64,000 nucleotides of DNA from Candidatus Hydrogenedentota bacterium. Its GTDB lineage: Bacteria > Hydrogenedentota > Hydrogenedentia > Hydrogenedentales > G963678445. The stretch spans positions 1,685,778 through 1,749,777 of the forward strand of contig OY782877.1 of NCBI GenBank assembly GCA_963678445.1, read 5' to 3'. The position numbers were made by a program, and so were the translations under genes. This document shows, piece by piece, positions 20,045 through 30,300 of the stretch (position 1 is its first letter; each line of letters opens with the position of its first letter). The notes beneath the pieces were generated by a model, which saw only the letters and a list, made by a program, of their open reading frames with translations, was not told where the DNA came from and did not search any database.

Positions 20045-21091
20045 ATGCCTAAAGAAAGCGATACATTTATACCGGTATATAAGCGGCTTTTCCGCCGTCT
20101 TGAGGAAGATATCCTGGCGTTCCGTCTGAAACCTGGGGAGCGTATCGATTCTATTACCCAATTGCAGCAACGGTATCGGATAGGGCGTGAAACGGCTAAA
20201 CGGGTGCTGAAATTGTTGGAGGAGGCGGGATACATTGTGCAACAGCAGGGCAAGGGCTCGTTTGTGCGTGATCGGGGGCCGCTGCAAAAAATCTGGGGGC
20301 TTGTTTTCCCGTTTTACTCGTTGCAGTACGAGGATTTACTGCTGGAAATATCGGCCCGTGCGGCAAAACAGAAGCGTGACTTCCGCCACTTCTGCAATTA
20401 CAACAGCTATGAGGAAGAGTTGCGTCTGGTTGGGCGCATGTTGCAGGAACGCTATGAGGCCATCATCGTTATCCCTACGCTGGATGAGTCACGCACATGG
20501 CAAAAATTCTATTCGCGCCTGCCAAAAACGGATTCGCGTATTATCCTGCTGGACCACACGATGACCAGTAATGAATTTCGTTTTGTTGTTCAAAGCTATG
20601 ATTTGGGTGTGACGCGCGCGCTGCTTTATTTGCTGGAACAAGGCAAGGGCGGGGTGGCTTTCGTTGAAAATGAGGTCTGGGCGGGTCGAAATATGGTGCT
20701 TGAGTTGATGCGCGGCACATATCTTAACCTGATGCGTCAGCATCGACCGGATTTTGAACCCTATATTTTGCCGCGGGCCAGCATGGTGGACGCGGAAACG
20801 GTGCGACGGCGTAATATCGACGGTGTTTTATGCTGCGATGATGTGAGCGCCATCCATGTATTGGGGCGATTGAAGGAACAGGAGATGCAGACCCCGGATG
20901 AGGTGCATGTGGTGGGATATGGCAATACGCACATTAGCCGTTTCTTTACTCCACCGCTTACGTCGGTCGATCCGTGTAATGCTGAGATGGCTGATGTACT
21001 CGCTTCTTTTTTGCTCCCCGACAGCGTTGAAAAGAATACGTTACACCAACAATACGTTGCGCAGCCTCGCCTCATTGTCCGTGGCACGTAA
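20045..21091 (+). CDS. araR: AraR-like transcriptional regulator (GntR-type winged HTH plus LacI/periplasmic-binding-protein-like sugar-binding domain)
   Basis: N-terminal GntR HTH (IDSITQLQQRYRIGRETAKRVLKLLEEAGYIVQQQGKGSFV) followed by a Peripla_BP-like alpha/beta domain; this architecture matches B. subtilis AraR. Confidence 0.65.
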   Translation: MPKESDTFIPVYKRLFRRLEEDILAFRLKPGERIDSITQLQQRYRIGRETAKRVLKLLEEAGYIVQQQGKGSFVRDRGPLQKIWGLVFPFYSLQYEDLLLEISARAAKQKRDFRHFCNYNSYEEELRLVGRMLQERYEAIIVIPTLDESRTWQKFYSRLPKTDSRIILLDHTMTSNEFRFVVQSYDLGVTRALLYLLEQGKGGVAFVENEVWAGRNMVLELMRGTYLNLMRQHRPDFEPYILPRASMVDAETVRRRNIDGVLCCDDVSAIHVLGRLKEQEMQTPDEVHVVGYGNTHISRFFTPPLTSVDPCNAEMADVLASFLLPDSVEKNTLHQQYVAQPRLIVRGT

Positions 21092-21116
21092 CTTCCTCGC
21101 AGATTTTTCCTTTAAA

Positions 21117-21145
21117 AAACAGGACGCATGCAAATCTATGCATGC
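21117..21145. terminator. Hairpin cgcatgc-aaatctat-gcatgcg between convergent genes, T-rich on both flanks (bidirectional terminator candidate)
   Basis: Inverted repeat read directly between the regulator stop (21091) and the adhesin stop (21168). Confidence 0.45.
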
Positions 21146-21167
21146 GCCCTGTGTGTAGTGTTTCTGC

Positions 21168-24100
21168 TTAGCGACGGCGACGCCGCAGGGATAGAGCGCC
21201 GACAGCGGCGCAAAGTCCGGCCAATACTCCCAGGCCCGCCATACCCGCAGCAGGAATGGCCGGAAGTACGGTCAAGTTTGCCTCGAGCATTAGCACATCG
21301 CCGTTGCTGTCGGAGACGATTAGTTGATAGACACCTGCATTCTCTTCATAGACGGCAGGTATGAAGAAACTCAGTAAATCATTGGTCTTTGCAGGCGATT
21401 CCACAGGACGGCCTTCGTATTGCCATTCCAGGGAAAACGGAGGATAGCCTCCATGCGTAATCACAAAGAATGTGTGTGAATTCCCTGCAGTCACCTCAGC
21501 GTCCATGGGTGGTTCAACCACTTGTAAATGAGGTGCCAGCTCAAGTTGAGCGCGTGGCGTACTGTATGTTACGCCGGAATAGGTGGCCTCACACCAGTAG
21601 GAACCGGCATGTGCAAAACCAAGCGGTTCGAGGATGAACTCAGGCGCATCTTCGCCCACGTCATGTATGGCTTTGCTCATCGTGTCGGCCCATTTCCATT
21701 GATAGTGCACACTGCCCACGCCACAGGCGGGCGCAACGGAGAAGGTTTGGCGATCCCCTACGTAAGCGCGGGTATCTTCAGGTTGTTTTGCAAAGCCGCA
21801 CCAGTTTTCGATGGTGTATTGGGCGGTGTCTCCACCTGCGTAATACAAACCGGTCAAATCCTGCACGTCGGCCCCCAACAGGATACCTATCGTCCCCTCT
21901 GCATCGGGTTCCAGCAACTCAACTTGCACGGTATAAACGGGGTCATCATAAAGCAGCATAAAGGAGGCCGCGCTTGCCAGCGTCCCGATGAGAGTAACAT
22001 CGGCTTCGGTAAACGTAGGCGCGACAGGGTCGTCGAATGTTACGACAAAATCTACCTGGGTGTGGGAAGTCGGGTTTTCGGTTGCAAGCACAATCTCGGC
22101 CCGGGGCGGTTGCGTGTCCACAATCAGTTCGTCTACGGTCGCATCGAAGCCCGTACTTCCGCCACTGGTCGCAGCGACTACGACATCGTAGACTCCTTCG
22201 GCAAGCGGCGGCTGGATGGTGTCATCGGGCAGTACCCACTGGCCATTACCAAGATTTTGTGCTGCATAGGTTGTACCGCCCACAGCAACAGAGAGGGTTG
22301 CGTCCAGCTTGTTTACCGTACCCGTCAGCGGCGGGGTAGGATCGGTAGTAAAAAGCTCATTTATTGTCACCACGGGCACGTTCAAATCGATGAGAAGCTC
22401 GTCGGTTGTTTTATCCCGTCCCACGTTGCCTGCCGCATCTGTTGCTGAAACACCTACATTATAGGTCGTGGGAAAGAGTTCTGTCAGCACACCGCTTTCA
22501 AGACGCCATGTGCCATCGCCCAGATTGAGGGCGTCGCAGATCTGACCGCCAACGGTGACAACAATGGTGGCGGTAGGGTCGTCAACGGTCCCTGTCAATG
22601 CTGGGCTTGCACTGCCTGTGATTAAGGTATCCACACTAACTATAGGCTTGAGCACGTCCACCACAATCTCGTCTAACGTGAGATCCTGTGTTTCGTTACC
22701 CACGGAATCGCTCGCCGTCGCTACGACGTCATAGACGCCAGGTAATAAAAGAATGGAGGAGGCGGGCAAAACCCATGTGCCGTCGCCCTGGTTCACGGCA
22801 AAAACGGTGTATAACCAAACTTGCACTAAAACCGTTGCGGTGGGGTCGTTCACAACACCGGAAATTGCCGCCATGCCATCATTGGTGATGAGTGAATCCA
22901 CCCCTACTGTAGGCGCAATTGTATCGACAACAAGTTCGCCGGTCGTTGTATCGTGCAGGGTGTTTCCGATGGTGTCTGTCACGGTGACAGCAACATCGTA
23001 AATACCGTCTGGCAGGGTAGTCACCTGGTTGTCGGCGATACTCCAATGTCCATCGCCATCATTGACCGCCGTCAATGTTTGTCCGGCTACCGTTACACTG
23101 ACTGCTGCGGTGGGGTCGGCCACATCTCCTTGCAAGGGAGGGGTGCGATCGGTGGTCCCCAGATAATCTACGGTGGGAAGGGCTGCATAGAGATGGATGG
23201 TGTCACTTAAAACGGAGGATTCGCCGTATGCATTTTTAATTTTTACGAAAAGCCTCTTTTCTCCATCGCCTTCGCTGAGCTGCACCTGCGGTTGTGACGT
23301 CAGAGGAACCCAGGATGCGCCATCCATGGAAGGGGTTTCACTAGCCATGAAATGGGTCGCACCATTCATGTGGGTCATATCAAGTTGGACTGTGGAATTG
23401 ATGGAGGTTTCCGCATCTTGATTGATCACAAAATCAAAGAGGGTTGGGGGTACATGAAAGGTAATCTGCTGCTTAGGGTCGGTGAAGTATTCTTCTTCAA
23501 GGAGACCATCGAATGGAACCGGAATGGCAGGAATGTTGATGTTGAAATTCACGTCGGTCAGGTTGGCGATGTTTAGCCGAATGGCGACTGTGGGTTGAAG
23601 GGTCACATCGGGCTCAAGTTGAACCGCGGTGGCGATATTGGCAACGGTGACGTCGGCATCGGCGGCTGTGATGTTGCGATGCTCACCGTCGGAGGTAAAA
23701 TTTCCTCGATCGGTTTCCAAGCGTTTAAAGGTGGCCTTGACTTGATCTCCTGCGGTCAGACTGACTCCGATTTTACCGGTGACTACACCGCTGATATCGA
23801 TTGGAATGTCGAAAAGGTCGATATCATTCAATGCCGCTGCCAGCATGACCGTTTCGCCAAGATTATATGCGGTGATCGTTTTTTCATCTTGCAGGCGCAA
23901 CGTTTCGGAGGGAACAATAGGGAAATCGTCTTCCAGCGTGTATTCCTGTCCGAAGGCTTCGAAATGAATCCGGTATTGGCCACCCAGCGAAATACCGATG
24001 TTTTGCTGTACGGTGCTTGGCGCGCCTATAAAATGCAAATCGCCTAAATCCATCCCGATCGGACAGTCTAGCTGGGCTGCGCCATTGAGGGTGCCGGCAA

Positions 24101-24326
24101 AGAGGATGCCGTCGACGCCACCGGTAAAACGCACATCCGCACGCCCTATACCAAAATCGAAGCCTCGCCATCCGGTATCAAAATGCCAATCGGGGAAGCC
24201 TTCTTCCATTTCCAGGGGGGCATGCTCTTCTTCATACGATGCTGCAAAACCCGCCATGGGAAAAATAGCAAGGAGCCCCACAAGCAATCCTCGCGTCACG
24301 CGTTTCTTTCCTTCTTGAGCTGTCAT
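21168..24326 (-). CDS. Large secreted Ig-like-repeat surface protein (1052 aa): signal peptide, beta-rich N-domain, about 5 bacterial Ig-like repeats, 2 Ig I-set-like domains, C-terminal tripartite sorting tag
   Basis: Signal peptide [15 protein letters not shown]; about 95-aa repeats ([12 protein letters not shown] / [11 protein letters not shown] / [11 protein letters not shown]); C-terminus [33 protein letters not shown]. Confidence 0.7.
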   Translation of the reverse strand: [1052 protein letters not shown]

Positions 24327-24347
24327 AACCTCACATCCCTTTATCGC

Positions 24348-27300
24348 TTAGCGCCGCAGACCACGTCGCGTCATTACACCCAATACTGCCAACACTGCAA
24401 CCAGTGTGATCAGACTCCACACACTGCTTGCCGGCACGCCTGTTCCCACCACAACCAAGTGTTTCTGGGTAACCATCTTGATTTCTTCGTAATTTGTCAC
24501 GGTCAGCGACACGGTATATGCGCCATCGTGTTTATAAACATGCACTGGATTCTGTTCCGTGCTCGTGCCGCCATCGCCAAAGTACCAGTACCATTCTGCC
24601 ACCGGCTTGACCGTGGTCAGCGTCCGGTCATAGAACTGTACGGAAAGCGGTGCACGACCTGTAGGTGGAAATGCTTCGAAATCGGCCTCCATGGACGACT
24701 TGGTGTATTTACCGATGAATTGAATCGTGTCACCCACTTCGAGAAGACGCGATACGGTTGCTGGTGTCGGCGCCCCATACCCTTCTAATGGCTTCCAGGT
24801 CAGGCTGAGGGGGCCGCTGGGGATCTGGTTCAGGGTGACTGTTCCCATGCCTTCGTAGATTCCACCGTCACTGTCGGTAAGGGTCCACTCTGCCGCAGCA
24901 GCAGTTACTTTGATTTCCACCGTACCGGTTTCGCGTGTATAGGTGAAGGGGTAATTGTTGGTAATGTTGCGCAACACCATCACCGAGGTGTCTTCGGGGG
25001 CAATCCATCCGGGTATGGGCTTGAACTTGACCATCCGTTCACCATCCGTACTGGCTAGCATCGCGCCACTGTCACGCCATTCGCCACCGGTAACGCGCCA
25101 TTGTGCACCCGCATTGCGGACGGCTTCTGGTAGCAGCGTTACGGATAGAATCCCTTCGCCCTCACCCAGAATGGGGATATAAGAACCCACCAATGTCAGG
25201 GTTTCGCCTGCACCCAGGGTCGCTGTTGCAGGGTTCGGTTCTGGCATCAGGTAGGTGTTCACATAGCCCCAAATCACCTTCAGCTCACCTGTAGGAATGT
25301 CGGTCAATGTCGTATCGCCCAAACCGGTATGGGGAGCACCATCGCCATCGATTAATGCCCACGGCGCCCCTTCCGGATCTACGTTGATGATTACCGTGCC
25401 CAGTTCACGCACATATTCGTAGGTAAGATCGTAGGGCGTGTTGCGCACAATGGTCATTGAGGCCGTCTCTGGTGCAATCCAGCCGGTCATGGGGGTAAAG
25501 GAAAGGGTAGCTTCCCCATCCGGCACTTCGAGTGTTGCACCAGTATTCTGCCAGGCTCCACCGTTAAAACGCCATTGCGCACCCGCGTCGCATACGCGGG
25601 CTGGGGTCAGATTCACGGTAAGATCGACGCGTCCTTCTCCGATGATAGGGGGGTAGTTTCCGGTGAAGGCAACCGATGCACCGGGAAACAGAACCAAATT
25701 CTGGGTGCTGGGCGTGGGGAGCATATAGGTTGCGAGCGGTTGCCAGGTAAGCGCAATTTCGCCTGTAGGCACATTTTCCACGATCGCACTTCCTTCACCG
25801 GTGTGACTTTCCCCGTCGCCATCGATGAATGACCATGGCGCATCCATGGGTGAGGCATAGATTTCTACGGTACCCGTCTGACGTGTCCAGGTTTCTGTCA
25901 GCTCCAACAAGTAGTCTTTGTTGATCGTGACTGTTTTTTTCTCCGGCGCTGCCCAGCCTTGTACGAGGTTGTAGGTAATGGTGTGTTCGCCCACTGGGGT
26001 AGCAACAAAGCTTCCGCTCTCCTGCCATTCTCCATCGTCCAGACGCCAGCGTGGGGTCTGAGCCAATACGCCATCGGGGGCAAAGTCAACTCGCACTGCA
26101 CCTTCATCAGGAATTTCTCCCATGCATGCAGGATAGTTAACAAAAACACTCTTTTGATAGTTCTCGTGCGTGCCCAAGCCTTCTGACAGTCCAATCAGAC
26201 CACCATAAAGATCCAGCTCCAGCCAGGTGATCACGATACGGCCGTCGAAGAACATCTCGATCTGAAAGTTAACCTGATTTTCCGTGATGATATTGCTCAG
26301 GAAAACCTTGTCGAAGGTAACAACGACGCGATTCGTATACTGTTTCCAGTAAACCGTGCCGCCTTGATCGGGTTTCAGGTCGGTAAAGATGCCGGAAATG
26401 CGTGGCAGGTCAAAATGCGCATCCACACTCGGATCATTTTCTGTATCAGGTGCGGTAAAGGTGATGTAGCCATTACTGCCAATGAAAAATGAGCTGTATT
26501 TTTCACCATACAGCGCTACCTGTTTCCCGTCGCTCAGCGTAATTTCAACAGCATCATTGTCTCCCAATGTCACCGGGGTGCCGTCGTAGGGACTGGTACG
26601 ATAATTACTCGTATCATCGACGCAGGCGACGTAGTAATTGTTGGAAAGATTGGGCGTGAAGAGTACGCGTTTATAGCTTACGTTGTTGTTGCCCATGGTG
26701 AAATGCTGTGTAAACCAATCGGTTGGCTCACCAGGACTGGGCTGACCGGTAAAATTAAGTTCTGATTTTGTAAAGGGGAAATCGCGCAACTTAATCGGCG
26801 TCCACTCCAGACGTGTAAGGAAGTTATCCGCATTCTCGCCCGGCCATTCCCAACGCCAGCCCAAGATTCCGAAGAAAACAACTGGGTAGACTTTTGCTCC
26901 CAGATTTAGCTCCGAATCGTTTTGGTAGGTCAGCTCGGTGCGATACCCTGCGGGGGGAATCACGATATCACGCGTTTCGTGTTCCGTTGTATACTGGTTC
27001 CCATCACTCAAATCGATGCTGTCGCATCGCAAGTAGCCATTGGCTACTGCGGCAATGTCCAGCGCAACGCCTGCTTTGGGAAGAGGCACCCAGTCGGGCA
27101 AGGTAATAAGCCCTCGGGTAATAAGTAGGGAAATAAGGTCTAAATTTACCACTTGCGTGCGTCCGGCTTCATCGCGCAATTCTGATGTTTCGTCCAGCAG
27201 GTAGGTATTGAATTCATCACGATCAGAAGCCACCATGTGAAAATCAGGCACGTAGGGGATATCGACAATAAAGGGATCTATCCAGGAGATGGGGATATCA

Positions 27301-30300
27301 AAGGCGAGCTTGAGGAAGAATTCTGCGCCGAAATAGAATCCCCAGTTGCCTGATGCGGCTCCCGCACTCAGCTGATTTTCATTAGCCAAGGTGAAATTAC
27401 CGCTGACGTTGGCGTCGTAGTTGAAGCCGGCCCCGGCGTTAAGACGCACCTGGATCACAAAACCACCGGGTTCGTCGCCACTGCCACCGGGAATCCAGCC
27501 TGAATCGAAACCGAGGTTTTCCATCCCTTGCGGCGGCACCGTAAATTGCACCATGCGCGTGATTGGATCATCGGCTTTTTCATCTGTCGCTTTAAGAGGA
27601 GAGAGGGGCGATTCGTCTGCCGGTTTAGTCCAAGTCTTCGCTTCGCCCGCCAATTCTTCGATTGGAAAATTTGGTTTTTCGTACTGATATACGAAAATTT
27701 GCATAATAGATCCGCCGGGTTCGTCGAGGCGGATGGAAAGGGGACGAATGCGACCATCTTTGAGTTTTTCTTCTGTGCGGCGCTCTGAAATCATTCGCTG
27801 CCCGTTGCTGTAGACAACCACTTCGAAGGGCTGCGCTCCTGCACTTTTCGGCAAGCGGTAGACTATTTCGTAATTTCCTGCTTGCACCGCGACCTTTTCG
27901 CGACCATCGCGCTGGATTGCACTTTTGGCGCCAGTAGCCTGTTGCGCCGCCAACAGTTCGCGGTGTTGCGATGAAAAGCCTGGGTTGCCGACACCTTGCG
28001 CACCCACACGCACGACACGACGCTCTGTTAATCCGTCGTCGCCGTAGTAGGCCACTTCAACGGAGCCATTTGTCTTCGCCAGTGCTGTCAATGCTTCGTC
28101 GGAGATTTGTGGATTGTTGGTATGCGCGGAATAAATCACCGCGTATTCGCCATAGGCGCTCATTCCCATGCCCAAAATAGCCACAAACAATACTATACGC
28201 ATGTATTTTGCATACGTGGATTTATGTCTCAATATAAATGCGCCTCCCAAAGCACAGCATAAGGCAAGCAGTGCAAGCGCAAATCCGTTCATTGTCGGTA
28301 CCATATACTCTACCTCGACTTCGATTTCACCCGTCTCACAGCTTTCCAACTCATCCGCCACCATACACATGTATACGCCGGCGTCGTCCATTTCGGCCGT
28401 ACCAAGGCTCAATACGGGACCTTGGAGCATGCCGGTATCTTCTATTTCGCCTTTCCCTTCGAGCTTGGTCCAATCATAGGTAACTTGGCCGAAAGCGCCG
28501 GTCACCGTGACTTCAAGGGAAAACAGATCGCCTTCTACGACTTTTTGCTGATTCCCGCCATCCACAGAGATGGTCAGCGCGTTTGGATTTAAGGCAATCC
28601 GATCGGTGATGGATTCTTCGGAGAGGTTGCCTGCGCGATCGCGCAGGGATAAAAATATGTCTTTGTAACCTTGACCGGGAGAAAGCTCCCAGGACAACAT
28701 TTCGCTGAAGGGCTGCCATGCGCCCCAATTCTCCCCGTCGTCACTCAAGCGCATCTCGATTACACCGCTACCACTCGCACCTTCGTCGGCTGTCAGCTTT
28801 AATTGCACGTCCGTTACGCGGGTGAAGGGGGCATTTTCGTCGATGACTATCGTACCTGCCGGCGGTGTCATGTCAATCGCAAGCAATCCAGCGCTTTCGC
28901 TGCTGCCAATCTGTCCGAGTACGTCGGTGGCCGTGATGCTTAAGCTGGCAGGACCGTCTACGTCGATAGAAGGGGTAACGGTATAGGTGTATTCATAGCT
29001 GCTGCCTTCATGGGCCGCATAGCTTGCCGCGTGGCCATTGACGGTAACTTCGGGCAATCCGGGTAGGCCGTTGTCATCATTTACGGTGAATGCAATCGTA
29101 ACTACATCGTTGGCCTTGGCGAATTCGGGATAGACGTTGACCGCACTGATGGTGGGTATCGTGCTGTCAATCAGCAACGCTGTTGTATTGGTAAGTGTGT
29201 CGGCATTCCCGACGCTGTCGACAACGGAAATAAGCACTGTGGCGGGGCCGTCGGGATTAATTTCGCCATCGACTGTATATCGGTAGGTATAGGCATCATC
29301 GGTTTGCGTTTCAAAATCCGCTGCATTTCCGTTTATCAGCACGGTGGGATAGGGCTGTACAGCGGTTGCGGCATCGATTGCTGAAAAGGTCAGACGGACC
29401 AGATCGCCATCTTTGGCAACGTTGGGATTTGCCTGCAGGGAGCTAATCTCGGGCGCTTGTGTATCCACGGTCAGCACATCATTGAAGACGGGGGCGGCGA
29501 TGTTGTTTACCATGTCGACCGCGTTTATCTGAATGGCTGCAGCTCCATTGGGGGAATCCGTTACTATGGAATAGGTGAATGTGTATTCGCTACCTGAGTG
29601 ACTGGTAGGCGCGCCAAGGTCTATTCCATCAACGGTGACGGTGGGGATACCTACTAATGGGCTGTAGCTATCCTGAAGTGTGAAGTGGATCTCAACCGTA
29701 TCACCGGCCTTGGCCATAGCGGGCGTTGCGGTGAGTCCGGTTATATCGGGAGGGGACAGGTCAATGGTAAACGCTGTTTCCGAGCGAAGTTCGCCCGCAT
29801 TACCGGCTACGTCTACTGCTGAGAAAACCACCGTTGCAAAACCTTGCGGGGCGCTAGCCGGTACCGCGTAGTCATAGGTATATGCGTTGCCGACAACCAT
29901 GGAGGGTGCGCCTACTACAACGCCTGCTACCGTGAGCATTGGTGCTGCGGAAAGTGCACTCACGTCCTCTACGCGGATGGAGAAGGTAACTGTGTCATAC
30001 GCACCTGCCAGGTAGGGTGTGATGGCGAGATCGTGGAAAGCAGGCGCCGTATTATCGATGAACAATATCGTGGTTTCTGTCGTCTCGGAACTGTTTCCCG
30101 CGGCGTCTGTTACCTGCACTTGCACAGTCGCCGCACCTTCTGGTGCATTCGATGGCAGGGTGTACATGTACGTGTATTCATCACCCGATGCAGATGATGG
30201 CGCGCCTACATTAGCTCCATTCACTTGCATGAGCGGGGCCGAAGGAAGGCCATTTGCATCCGTTGCTTCTACTTTCAGTGTTACGCGATCGCCTGCCCGG

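Noticed and set aside
21528-22448. 306-aa ORF on the + strand inside the adhesin gene
   Set aside because: Antisense shadow ORF; the minus-strand frame encodes coherent Ig-like repeats.
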